Assembly: GCA_963663765.2 (NCBI GenBank)
Contig: CAXXUA010000005.1
Span: 1,344,001-1,408,000, forward strand
DNA: 64,000 bases
From: Candidatus Poribacteria bacterium
Lineage (GTDB): Bacteria > Poribacteria > WGA-4E > WGA-3G
Reading direction: 5' to 3'
This document shows, one piece after another, positions 31,711-41,752 of this stretch. The position numbers were made by a program, and so were the translations under genes. The notes beneath the pieces are model-generated. The model saw nothing but the letters and a program-made list of their open reading frames with translations, did not search any database and had not been told where the DNA came from. Position 1 is the first letter of the stretch, and every line of letters starts with the position of its first letter.

Positions 31711-33313
31711 CAGGATTATTCAGTTTTGAGAGTTTTCTGTTCTTGAGATTTACTGAAAGTTAATACACGTGTTCGGTTTCCTAACCGAACACTACGCATC
31801 AGTTTTAGATTGTTGAACCATGAACATCGCTCTTTAGTCCCTAATGAAGATTAAAAAATACTTTGGGTAATTCTACTAATCCGTCTACGGTAGGCGGGGA
31901 ATGCCTAAATGGCATTCATACCGTTGATTTGGTGGTTTGTCCGCGCACCCCCCAACTGCAGGCGTGCTTTGTCCGCGCCCCCCCTCCTGTCCCCCACCTG
32001 CAGGCGTGCTTTATCGCGCCCCCCCCCCCACCTGCCCCCCACCTGCAGGCGTGCTTTATCGCGCGCCCCCCACCTGCAGGCGTGCTTTATCCGCGCGCCC
32101 CCCTCCTGCCCCCCAACCGCAGGCGTGCTTTGTTAGCGCACCTGCCACCTGCCCCCCAACCGCAGGCGTGCTTTGTCCGCGCGCGCCATCCAACTGCCTC
32201 CCACCTGCAGGGGTGCTTTGTCCGCGCCCCCCCAACTGCCTCCCACCTGCAGGCGTGCTTTGTAAGCGCACCCTCGATGGTAGGCGTGCTTTGTCCGCGC
32301 GCGCCATCCAACTGCCTCCCACCTGCAGGCGTGCTTTGTCCGCGCGCGCCATCCAACTGCCTCCCACCTGCAGGCGTGCTTTGTCCGCGTGCGCCCCCCT
32401 CCTGCCTCCCACCTGCAGGCGTGCTTTGTCCGCGCGCGCCCCCCCTCCTGCCTCCCACCTGCAGGCGTGCTTTGTCCGCGCGCCCCCCTCCTGCCTCCCA
32501 CCTGCAGGCGTGCTTTGTCCGCGCGCCCCCCACCTGCAGGCGTGCTTTGTCCGCGCGTCGCCCTCCTGCCCCCCACCTGCAGGCGTGCTTTGTAAGCGCG
32601 GCGCCGCCCTCCTGCCCCCCACCTGCAGGCGTGCTTTGTCAGCGCGCGCCGCCCAACTGCCCCCCACCTGCAGGCGTGCTTTGTCCGCGCGTCGCCCTCC
32701 TGCCCCCTAACTGCAGGCGTGCTTTGTCAGCGCGCGCCGCCCTCCTGCCTCCCACCTGCAAGGCATGCTTTGTCTGCGCGCGCCCCCTCCTGCCTCCCAC
32801 CTGCAGGCGTGCTTTGTCAGCGCGCCCCCCACCTACAGGCGTGCTTTGTCCGCGCGCCGCCCTCCTGCCCCCTAACTGCAGGCGTGCTTTGTCAGCGCGC
32901 GCCGCCCTCCTGCCTCCCACCTGCAGGCGTGCTTTGTAAGCGCGCCACCTAACTGCCTCCTAACCGCAGGCGTGCTTTGTCCGCGCGCCACCTAACTGCC
33001 TCCCACCTGCAGGCGTGCTTTGTAAGCGCGCCTGCCAACTGCCCCCTAACCGCAGGCGTGCTTTGTAAGCGCACCCCCGATGGTAGTCGTGCTTTGTAAG
33101 CGCACCCCCGATGGTAGGCGTGCTTTGTAAGCGCGCTGGTACATCAAGTCCCAAGAGCGCGCTTACAAAGCACGCCTACAATCTGAAAAATATTTATTAC
33201 CCGATTAATAAATTAATCTTCATACAGGACTAAAGAACTAGACAAGATGGTATCCCATAAAATTAACGACATAGCAAAATAATACCAAAAATATTGAAAA
33301 CTAAAAAACACCC
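31711..33313. mobile_element. CAGGG-ended MITE expanded by nested insertions
   Basis: caggattattcagtttt...aaaactaaaaaacaccc with 9-bp duplication AAATTATAT; contains MITE 31842-33224. Confidence 0.75.
31932..33180 (+). repeat. C-rich degenerate tandem array of about 30 REP-derived units (core G(T/C)AGGCGTGCTTTGT)
   Basis: Core recurs every 28-50 nt; closes with an inverted REP gcgcgcttacaaagcacgcctac. Confidence 0.9.
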
Positions 33314-33369
33314 AAATTATATTCACACCTATTGCTAAATATGTTATTATTTAGAAAATTGATTGTGGT

Positions 33370-34316
33370 GGGTGTGTAAAGTTTTTGCACAGAGGTACTA
33401 ACTTTTTCTCTTTAGTTCCGTAGGGACGCAATGTTTATAGAAAGACGTTTTTACATCCCTCTCTTTAGTTCCGTAGGAACGACATAGAAGGATAAACATA
33501 TCGTCCCTACCAAATCAACGCCAAATGCGCCAAATCAACGGTATGAATGCCATTAAGGCATTCCCCGTATGGCATTTGGCGGGACTAAAAAGACGTGGGG
33601 ATATGTATTTCTATAAACATATCGTCCCTACGGGACTGAAGAATATGGTTAATATTAACAATATTTCTTTATATTGACACCTAATGACGTTTGACAATCA
33701 AAATCGGCAATTGAATTCGTAGGGGTTGGGTTCCCCAACCCGTTTGGTTTTTGAGTTTGCGTAGATCATGTGTGGAAACCACGCCCCTACGCATACACAA
33801 CTTGAACGTCAAAACTCATTAGGACTCTGTGTCCGCAATCTCTCATTTAATCAATTGCGGCGGGACACAGAGACCCGGGGAATGCCTCAATGGCATTCAT
33901 ACCGTTGATTTGGGGGAATGCCTAAATGGCATTCATACCGTTGATTTGGGGGAATGCCTAAATGGCATTCATACCGTTGATTTGGGGGAATGCCTAAATG
34001 GCATTCATACCGTTGATTTGGGGGAATGCCTCAATGGCATTCATACCGTTGATTTGGGGGAATGCCTAAATGGCATTCATACCGTTGATTTGGGGGAATG
34101 CCAAAAGGCATTCATACCGTTGATTTGGGGGAATGCCAAAAGGCATTCATACCGTTGATTTGGGGGAATGCCTCAATGGCATTCATACCGTTGATTTGGG
34201 GGAATGCCTCAATGGCATTCATACCCGGGGAATGCCAAAAGGCATTCATACCGTTGATTTCTTGATTTCGTCCTACAATGGAGAGTGGGATGTTTGTGCA
34301 AAAACTTTACACACCC
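33370..34316 (+). mobile_element. IS256-like-ended MITE with nested inserts and 36-nt tandem array
   Basis: TIR gggtgtgtaaagtttttgcaca, 8-bp duplication ATTGTGGT; nested Y+X (33511-33580), TA-flanked 140-bp MITE (33682-33821), array 33877-34269. Confidence 0.85.
33877..34269 (+). repeat. Head-to-tail array of 11 hairpin units (35-36 nt), no spacers
   Basis: GGGGAATGCC(TAAAT/TCAAT/AAAA)GGCATTCATACCGTTGATTTG x9, one unit truncated at CATACCC, last unit with a doubled TTGATTTC tail. Confidence 0.95.
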
Positions 34317-34404
34317 ATTGTGGTGCATCACAGTTTAGAGAGTCTTTGGTCTTTGGTATCATTACTTGGTTAACACCCTCTTAATTTTAAAGTAGGAAAT
34401 ATAA

Positions 34405-35511
34405 ATGTTTGAAAACGGACAGGAAGTTGCACAGATTGCGTTATTTCAAGGTGTAGACACCACATTTGAGATCCGAGAAGTGCCGGTAACATCTTTTCCA
34501 AACACCGTTTTGGTGCGGGTCAATTTATCGACCATCTGCGGTTCGGACCTCCACACTGTATCGGGCAGACGTAGTGCTAACGTACCATGTGTGCTTGGGC
34601 ATGAAGCAGTCGGTACTGTCGCTGCACCGACAGGATTACGTTCTGCTGAAGGGAAACCACTTCACGAGGGCAACAGAATTGTATGGAGTCTGACGACTTC
34701 TTGTGGAACATGTCATTTCTGTGTAAACAAGTATCTGCCACAGAAATGCGAAACAATGTTCAAATACGGGCATGCACAGTGTGTAGGTGATGATGAGTTA
34801 TCTGGTGGGTTTGCATCACATATTCAGTTGAAGGCAGGCACAGCAATCTACCATATTCCCGATGCGATTCAAGATGCCGAAGCGGTCCCTATTAATTGTG
34901 CCCTTGCAACAGTCATAAACGGCTTGGAAACGATTGGTACATATCCAGGCGAGACTGCCATTATCCACGGTGCGGGGATGTTGGGCATCTATGCTGCATG
35001 CTATTTGCGTGAACAAGGTTATGACATTGTGGCTATCGTTGATAAAAATCCCCACCGTTTACAGATGGCTGAACAGTTGGGTGCAACACATATCCTTAAC
35101 GCAGACATTACATCTGCTGAAGATATTACAACTATCCTGATAGAGATAACGAATGGACGAGGGATTGACCTTGCAGTTGAAGTCAGTGGCGCACCGTCTG
35201 CCCTGCCTGATATGATTAAATGGTTAGCAATCGGTGGTAGATGTTTGACGCTTGGGTATGTTTACCCACTTGAAAACATTCCTTTTAATGTTCACCAAAT
35301 AGTTACGAAGTGTATTAAGCTGCAAGGTGTTCACAATTATCATTCTACCGTACTAAAAACTGCTTTGAGCTTTATTGAAAACAACAGGACACGTTATCCA
35401 TTTGCAGAACTCATCGGAAAAATCTATCCATTGTCTGAGATTGACGATGCTTTTGCACACGCGTTCCGTCAAGATGTTATCCGCATTGCCATAGACCCGC
35501 GGGTGAATTAA
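34405..35511 (+). CDS. Zinc-binding alcohol dehydrogenase (resembles the putative phosphonate-catabolism-associated type)
   Basis: ICGSDLH, LGHE, CGTCHFC...C, GAGMLG, GVHNY. Confidence 0.85.
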   Translation: MFENGQEVAQIALFQGVDTTFEIREVPVTSFPNTVLVRVNLSTICGSDLHTVSGRRSANVPCVLGHEAVGTVAAPTGLRSAEGKPLHEGNRIVWSLTTSCGTCHFCVNKYLPQKCETMFKYGHAQCVGDDELSGGFASHIQLKAGTAIYHIPDAIQDAEAVPINCALATVINGLETIGTYPGETAIIHGAGMLGIYAACYLREQGYDIVAIVDKNPHRLQMAEQLGATHILNADITSAEDITTILIEITNGRGIDLAVEVSGAPSALPDMIKWLAIGGRCLTLGYVYPLENIPFNVHQIVTKCIKLQGVHNYHSTVLKTALSFIENNRTRYPFAELIGKIYPLSEIDDAFAHAFRQDVIRIAIDPRVN

Positions 35512-35512
35512 T

Positions 35513-36024
35513 GGGTGTGTAAAGTTTTTGCACAGAGGTACTAACTTTTGTTCTCTTTAGTCCCGTAGGGACGCAATGTTTATAGAAAGACGTTATCACA
35601 TCCCTCTCTTTAGTTCCGTAGGAACGACATATAAGGATAAACATATCGTCCCTACGGGACTGAAGAATATGGTTAATAGCAACAATATTTCTTTATATTG
35701 ACACCTAATGAAGTTTGACAATCAAAATCGGTAGTTGAATTCGTAGGGGTTAGGTTCCCCAACCCCTTTGGTTTTTGAGTTTGCGTAGATCATGTGTGGA
35801 AACCACGCCCCTACGAATACACAACTTGAACGTCAAAACTCATTAGGACTCTGTGTCCGCAATCTCTCATTTAATCAGTTGCGGCGGGGCACAGAGACCC
35901 GGGGAATGCCAAAAGGCATTCATACCCGGGGAATGCCAAAAGGCATTCATACCGTTGATTTCTTGATTTCTTGATTTCGCCCTACAATGGAGAGTGGGAT
36001 GTTTGTGCAAGAACTTTACACACC
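35513..36024 (+). mobile_element. IS256-like-ended MITE, sister of 33370-34316
   Basis: Same TIRs and internal order; shares the 140-bp insert (35706-35845); two hairpin units at 35901-35978. Confidence 0.85.
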
Positions 36025-36041
36025 ATTCATAGAAAAACCAA

Positions 36042-36070
36042 TTGAAATAAATTTACTAATGATGTATAAT
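36042..36070 (+). promoter_or_regulatory. Sigma70-type promoter
   Basis: TTGAAA-17 nt-TATAAT upstream of the triplicated secreted genes. Confidence 0.6.
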
Positions 36071-36168
36071 TTAAAAATCTCATTGCGCTAAGTACGAAAA
36101 ATAATATCCTACCTGATATCAGTAAATTTTTATGAAATTAACCATTTGATAGAAAAGGAGATATTTCT

Positions 36169-36870
36169 ATGCCAAAAAATTTCTACTCACTCCAGATCTT
36201 CTCCTTATTTGTCATCTTGTTCGTTCTCACCGTTGACCTTGCTTATGCGCGAACTTTCAACAACGATTTTGAAACTGGGGACCTTACCGATTGGGAGAAA
36301 ACAGGAACAGCATTTGATTTCCAACCGACTTATGGAGATAACCCAACAGCACGAAACCGGAATCAGCCTTCTCAACATCAAGGTGAGTGGTGGCTTGGAT
36401 TATATGAGAAATACCAAGGTCCCGACAAAGGCGCAGAACTTGGACAGAACCCCGGTGACACACAGGGGGATGCACCTCAAGGAACACTTACTTCAATAGA
36501 GTTCAAACTTATCGGTGAAAAGATGAATTTCCTCATTGGGGGAGGCTATCATCCATGGGAGATTGATGCAAATCCATGTTGTGTCAACCTTGTCATTGAT
36601 GAGGAAGTTAAAAGAACGGCAACTGGCACCACGGTTGACAATGGGAACGAAAGCATGACTCGACAAGAATGGGACATTTCCGAATTTAAGGGGAAAATGG
36701 CAAAAATTGTCATTGTAGATCAAAACAGCGGCGGATGGGGACACCCGAACTTTGATGATGTTCACCAAGCTGATGCCAGTGGTGAAAACATTCCTTGGGA
36801 TCAAGTGCTTACTGTTGAGGCACGTGGGAAGTTAGCTGTCAGTTGGGCACAGATGAAAAAGTATTACTAA
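36169..36870 (+). CDS. Secreted beta-sandwich protein (like the accessory domain of GH32 enzymes), paralogue 1
   Basis: Signal peptide; DFETG..DWEKTGTAF, GTLTS.EF, NFLIGGG, GGWGH.N.D; C-terminal VEARGKLAVSWAQMK. Confidence 0.75.
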   Translation: MPKNFYSLQIFSLFVILFVLTVDLAYARTFNNDFETGDLTDWEKTGTAFDFQPTYGDNPTARNRNQPSQHQGEWWLGLYEKYQGPDKGAELGQNPGDTQGDAPQGTLTSIEFKLIGEKMNFLIGGGYHPWEIDANPCCVNLVIDEEVKRTATGTTVDNGNESMTRQEWDISEFKGKMAKIVIVDQNSGGWGHPNFDDVHQADASGENIPWDQVLTVEARGKLAVSWAQMKKYY

Positions 36871-36949
36871 TGGCAACTTGATTCTTCATTTCTTATTATT
36901 TCTGATTTAACCGAACACAAAACTCATAAAACAATAAGGAGATATTTCT

Positions 36950-37666
36950 ATGCAAAAAAGATTCTTCACACTCCTGATTCTTGCATTGTTCGTCATCCTG
37001 TTTGTTCTCACCGTTGACCTTACTTATGCAAAGACATTCAACAATGATTTTGAAACGGGAGACCTAACGGATTGGGAAGAGAAAACAGGAGATGCGTTTG
37101 ATTTTCAACCCACTTATGGTGATAACCCAACCGCACGAAACCGTGGACAGCCCTCTAACCATCAAGGCGATTGGTGGCTTGGGTTGGCTGAAAAGTACCA
37201 AGGACCCGTCAAAGGTGCAGCATTGGGCCAAAAAGCTGGTGATATGCCAAAAGACGCTGCTGGTAATTGGGTACCAGACCAACCTCAAGGCACTTTGACA
37301 TCAATTGAGTTCACTATTGTCGGTGAAACGATGAATTTCCTCATTGGTGGAGGTAACCGACCTTGGGATGAAAACCCTGAACCGTGTTGTGTTAACCTCG
37401 TAATTAATGGCGAGGTTGAACGGACTATAACTGGTGAGAGCCATGAAAGCATGAAACGCAAAGAGTGGGATGTTGCCGATTTGAAAGGCAAAACTGCCCA
37501 ACTTGTCGTTGTTGATAATAGCAGCGCCGGATGGGGACATCCAAACTTTGACGATGTTCACCAAGCTGATGCCAGTGGTGATAACATTCCTTGGGATCAG
37601 GTGCTTGCTGTTGACGCACGCGGGAAGTTAGCCGTCAGCTGGGCACAGATGAAAAAGTATTACTAA
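36950..37666 (+). CDS. Secreted beta-sandwich protein, paralogue 2
   Basis: Highly similar to paralogue 1, AAGGAG RBS, same C-terminal motif. Confidence 0.75.
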   Translation: MQKRFFTLLILALFVILFVLTVDLTYAKTFNNDFETGDLTDWEEKTGDAFDFQPTYGDNPTARNRGQPSNHQGDWWLGLAEKYQGPVKGAALGQKAGDMPKDAAGNWVPDQPQGTLTSIEFTIVGETMNFLIGGGNRPWDENPEPCCVNLVINGEVERTITGESHESMKRKEWDVADLKGKTAQLVVVDNSSAGWGHPNFDDVHQADASGDNIPWDQVLAVDARGKLAVSWAQMKKYY

Positions 37667-37745
37667 TGGCAACTTGTTCATACATTTCTCATTATTTCTG
37701 ATTTAACCGAACACATAGCTCATAAAACAATAAGGAGATATTTCT

Positions 37746-38441
37746 ATGCAAAAAAGATTCTTCACACTCCTGATTCTTGCATTGTTCGTCATCCTGTTTG
37801 TTCTCACCGTTGACCTTACTTATGCGAAGACATTCAATAACGACTTTGAAACGGGAGACCTAACGGATTGGGAGAAAACAGGAGATGCGTTTGATTTCCA
37901 ACCGACATGGGGTGATAACCCGACAGCACGGAACCGGGGACAACCCTCTAACCATCAAGGAGATTGGTGGCTCGGACTTGCTGAAGCCTATCAAGGACCG
38001 AATAATGAATATGAACAAGTACCAGGTCAACTGGCAGCTGGTGGCGCAGCGGACCGACCTCAAGGCACTTTAACATCCATTGAGTTCATGATCATCGGTG
38101 AAACGATGAATTTTCTTATGGGTGGCGGGAATCGACCTTGGGATAGTAACCCTGAACCGTGCTGTGTTAACCTTGTCATTGATGACAATGTAGAACGAAC
38201 AATGACCGGAAGTAACAACGAAACCATGACCCGCAGAGAGTGGGACGTTTCTAACTTGAAAGGTGAGATCGCAAAACTTGTTGTTGTTGACAATAGCAGC
38301 GGCGGATGGGGACATCCAAACTTTGATGATGTTCATCAAGCCGATGCCAGCGGCGAAAACATTCCGTGGGACTTGGTGACTGCTGTTGAAGCACGCGGGA
38401 AGTTAGCCGTTAGTTGGGCTCAGATGAAGAAGTTTTACTAA
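37746..38441 (+). CDS. Secreted beta-sandwich protein, paralogue 3
   Basis: Signal peptide identical to paralogue 2, duplicated intergenic region, same C-terminal motif. Confidence 0.75.
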   Translation: MQKRFFTLLILALFVILFVLTVDLTYAKTFNNDFETGDLTDWEKTGDAFDFQPTWGDNPTARNRGQPSNHQGDWWLGLAEAYQGPNNEYEQVPGQLAAGGAADRPQGTLTSIEFMIIGETMNFLMGGGNRPWDSNPEPCCVNLVIDDNVERTMTGSNNETMTRREWDVSNLKGEIAKLVVVDNSSGGWGHPNFDDVHQADASGENIPWDLVTAVEARGKLAVSWAQMKKFY

Positions 38442-38487
38442 TCCTAAGATTAAGATATTCATCATAAGGATAGATTACGTTCTGTCC

Positions 38488-39441
38488 TTATGATGAAATT
38501 TGTTCTAATCCAGCGCGTTCGCGAAACTTATTGTACGTCTTCAGAATTCCTTGTTCCATCGTATAAGCAGGCGTGAAACCCATTTCCTCAGCAATCGCAG
38601 TAGCATCATAATCCCACGAGATACCAAACACACCCGGTTCCAGTGTAATCTGTGCATCTGGCACTAAAGTCTTCAGATACGCCACTCCCTCTCTCACAGG
38701 TCGGATTCCACCTTTGATATTGAAAACGCGTGTTTTTGTTGTTGAACAAGTGCATGCCAAAACGATAGAACGTGAGACATCCTCCACATATTGCCAGTCT
38801 ACCGAGTCATCACCAAACGGACACGCGTGCGGTTCTTCCATTGCTACTGCTTCAATCATCTTTGTCGTAAAGGAACTCATCCCGCGTGTTCTACCAACCC
38901 CGTAGACTGCGGTAAATCTAAATCCTATTGAATCCACACCGTAAGCATCAAAATAGTGTGTTGCATATCTTTCGTTGAGGGATTTACACGCGCCATAGAT
39001 AAACTTTGGATAATGTGGTGCGTTGTTAGGTATCTGTTGATGGTCATAATCCTCTGGTGCACCGAAGACAGCGACACTGCTTGCCCAGATAACGCGTTTT
39101 AGATTGAAAATCCGCGCTGCTTCAAGCATATTTATCGTGCCTTCACAGACGACTTTCAACGCTTGGGCAGGATTTGCATTGCAGGCTGGAACTTGCCACG
39201 AAGCAAGATGAATAATCCGTTGAATTTCATGTTCCTGAACGGTGCGTAGGACATGCGGAAGGTCTGTAATGTCCCCCTGCACAAAAGTAAAACCTTCAAT
39301 CTGTTCATCCGTGAGAACCATTTTGGGTATAGTTAGGTCGTAAGCGAAATCATAAACGACCACTTTTTCACCGGCGGCTAACAGGTCGCGAATAACATAA
39401 GTACCGATGCATCCCATGCCACCAGTGATCAGATATGCCAT
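38488..39441 (-). CDS. NAD-dependent epimerase/dehydratase
   Basis: ITGGMGCIG, ASSVAVFG, YGACK. Confidence 0.9.
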   Translation of the reverse strand: MAYLITGGMGCIGTYVIRDLLAAGEKVVVYDFAYDLTIPKMVLTDEQIEGFTFVQGDITDLPHVLRTVQEHEIQRIIHLASWQVPACNANPAQALKVVCEGTINMLEAARIFNLKRVIWASSVAVFGAPEDYDHQQIPNNAPHYPKFIYGACKSLNERYATHYFDAYGVDSIGFRFTAVYGVGRTRGMSSFTTKMIEAVAMEEPHACPFGDDSVDWQYVEDVSRSIVLACTCSTTKTRVFNIKGGIRPVREGVAYLKTLVPDAQITLEPGVFGISWDYDATAIAEEMGFTPAYTMEQGILKTYNKFRERAGLEQISS

Positions 39442-39492
39442 AGATCATCTCCTTTGTTATCAATGAGGTAAAGCGAAACTACAACAGTGGTT

Positions 39493-39849
39493 CTACTGCA
39501 TATCTATGCTATCAGATTGCGGTTTCTTGATATTCATCGGTTCTTCAACATTGACGAGAATTTCGTCCCCCTCAACTTTTACAGGATAGATAGGGATAGT
39601 CTCCTCACCAGGCCAGACGCATTCCCCAGTTTTTATATCAAACTCCCACATGTGCATTGGGCACGTGACACATCCTTTATCTATAAAACCGTAAGTCAAT
39701 ACCCCACCCAAGTGTGGACAAATATTATTCATTGCATAATACTCACCCTCAACGTTATAGATTCCGATAAAAACACCATCAACCTTGACACCGATGCAGC
39801 TACCCGGTTGTATTTGCTCGGTTGTCGCCGCTTTTATAAATTGTGACAT
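39493..39849 (-). CDS. Rieske [2Fe-2S] ferredoxin
   Basis: CPH...CPMH...FDIKTG. Confidence 0.92.
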   Translation of the reverse strand: MSQFIKAATTEQIQPGSCIGVKVDGVFIGIYNVEGEYYAMNNICPHLGGVLTYGFIDKGCVTCPMHMWEFDIKTGECVWPGEETIPIYPVKVEGDEILVNVEEPMNIKKPQSDSIDMQ

Positions 39850-39872
39850 ATCTGATGTAACTCCAATATAAT

Positions 39873-40029
39873 CAGGACTTACGCAAAAACGGTAGGCGGT
39901 GAATGCCTAAATGGCATTCATACCGTTGATTTGGTGCTTTGTAAGCGCGCTGGAAACCGAAAAAATGCTGAAAATTACACCATTTTTGTCATAATTCTTC
40001 ATCAAATCATGAAAACTGCGTAAGTCCTG
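39873..40029 (+). mobile_element. MITE family A with a 36-nt insert at a second site
   Basis: TIRs, 5-bp duplication ATAAT; insert 39898-39933 at gtaggc^gtgc. Confidence 0.85.
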
Positions 40030-40079
40030 ATAATAAAATACAAAACCAATAAGGTTTATCCCATTGATTTTTGAGATAA

Positions 40080-41744
40080 TTAACGTGTTAAAACTTTTCC
40101 TTCACCGCGCGGATCCGTACCGCCTTGTTGACATACCCCACCATCCCACAGTCGAATAACGTGTCCTGGTCCGCCTATACCACCACTTGCGGTAATTTCA
40201 TGCCCAAGTTCGCGCAAGCCTACAAGCGTGTCTTCACCTGCGCGCGTTTCCACTTGGATAGGTTCGGCACCGTCGCTGTGAAACCGAGGTGCGTCTAATG
40301 CTGCTTGTGCTGACATTTCCAAGTCCATAAGGCTTACACTAATATTAAGTTGATTGTTGGGGATTGTGCGTCCCCCAGGAATGCCGTAAGTGGCAAAAGG
40401 CATGCCATCGTGTGTTGCAAGGCATGGTGCCATATTGTGCAACGGACGTTTCCCTGGACCGATAGAATTCGCGTACCCCGGTCTTGGCTCAAAACGACCA
40501 ACACCATGTCCGAATAGCAGACCAGTTCCAGGAACTGTTACCATTGATCCGAAACCACCTCCGTGGGTCTGGGTTAACGATACCATATTCCCTTCAACAT
40601 CTGCTGTAGAGATGTGGCTTGTGCAGTGCATCGGTTCGTAATAGACTATTTCTCCGCGTTGTGGGGATTTGAGACCTGCGCTTAACTTCTTACTAAGTTG
40701 CATCGTGAAACCATCCGAGAGTTCTTCGTCGATGTCTATGTCAACGAAATTTGGATCACCGTATTTCCGAAGTCTTTCCACCCAAGCAATCTTCATCGCT
40801 TCAGCAAAAAGGTGAAACCTTTCAATGAGAGACATCTCAGCCACATCATAAGCTTCTACTAATCGGAGCATCTGTAGCGTTGTGAGTCCACCTGCGCCGA
40901 GTGGTGCTGTATGGACTGAATAACCACGATACAGGATTTCATAAGGTTGGGTAATTAAGGGACGATATTGTTTTAGGTCATTTAGGGTTAGAATACCCCC
41001 TAATTCATGAATGTGGTTGGTGATTGTTTCAGCGATTTTCCCTTCGTAAAATGCTGTATGTCCTCCTTCTGCTATAATCTCTAATGTGCGTGCAAGTTCC
41101 GGATTTGTAAGGGTTTCCCCTTGTTTTGGTGGTCTGCCATTTTTCAGAAATACCCGTGCAGTTTCTGGAAAATCACGTTTCCACCGTTCTGCATTTCCAG
41201 CAATTCCGCCGCGATTCGCGCGGTTCGGTGCATATCCGTAACGTGCTGAGTTGATTGCCGGACGTAAGACATCTGTAAGCGCAAGACTACCGTATTGCTT
41301 CAACGCTATACAGAGTCCCGCGACAACACCAGGAACTCCAATAGACAGCGGACCGTGAACATTGACACGTCCTGGTACGCGATAACCTGCTGGTACATCT
41401 GGTGCATTTTCAATTGTGAACATGTCTTCTGAGGCTGCGGCTGGTGCGGCAGTATTGTAATCAATGGCTACGACATCTTTTGTTTTCTTACGGTAGATTA
41501 GCATGCACCCACCGTAGCCAGCAATGCCGTTATGTGAAGGTTCAACAACGCCTTCTGCAAATGCGGCTGCAACAGCAGCGTCCACGGCATTTCCACCCGC
41601 AAGGAGCATATCAAAACCCGCTTTAGCAGTGCGTGGATGTGGACCGACAACTGTACCAAGTTCTTTTTTAGGTGAATTCACAAGTTTGTCCCTTTCGTTG
41701 AAGGTAATACTTGGAATTTTAAAGGGTTTTTGGTGTATTGTCAA
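40080..41744 (-). CDS. ggt: Gamma-glutamyltransferase family protein
   Basis: GGNAVDAAVA, GVPG.VAG, NPELARTL, TSHIS nucleophile, PGKRPLH, DPR; exact start uncertain. Confidence 0.88.
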   Translation of the reverse strand: MTIHQKPFKIPSITFNERDKLVNSPKKELGTVVGPHPRTAKAGFDMLLAGGNAVDAAVAAAFAEGVVEPSHNGIAGYGGCMLIYRKKTKDVVAIDYNTAAPAAASEDMFTIENAPDVPAGYRVPGRVNVHGPLSIGVPGVVAGLCIALKQYGSLALTDVLRPAINSARYGYAPNRANRGGIAGNAERWKRDFPETARVFLKNGRPPKQGETLTNPELARTLEIIAEGGHTAFYEGKIAETITNHIHELGGILTLNDLKQYRPLITQPYEILYRGYSVHTAPLGAGGLTTLQMLRLVEAYDVAEMSLIERFHLFAEAMKIAWVERLRKYGDPNFVDIDIDEELSDGFTMQLSKKLSAGLKSPQRGEIVYYEPMHCTSHISTADVEGNMVSLTQTHGGGFGSMVTVPGTGLLFGHGVGRFEPRPGYANSIGPGKRPLHNMAPCLATHDGMPFATYGIPGGRTIPNNQLNISVSLMDLEMSAQAALDAPRFHSDGAEPIQVETRAGEDTLVGLRELGHEITASGGIGGPGHVIRLWDGGVCQQGGTDPRGEGKVLTR

Positions 41745-41752
41745 GTTTTTCT

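Noticed and set aside
31863-33154. Pro/Ala/Cys-rich ORFs (358, 257, 203 aa and others)
   Set aside because: Open in several frames on both strands because the GC-rich repeat lacks stop codons; no RBS or domain
33877-34269. CRISPR array (36-nt palindromic repeats)
   Set aside because: Repeats are directly adjacent with no spacers, and there are no cas genes in the window
33829-34384. ORFs with (ECLNGIHTVDLG)n repeats
   Set aside because: Translation of the 36-nt repeat; 35-nt variants shift the frame, so coding is not conserved
33370-36024. Composite transposon carrying the dehydrogenase
   Set aside because: The left element has its own 8-bp duplication (ATTGTGGT) and no shared duplication flanks the whole unit
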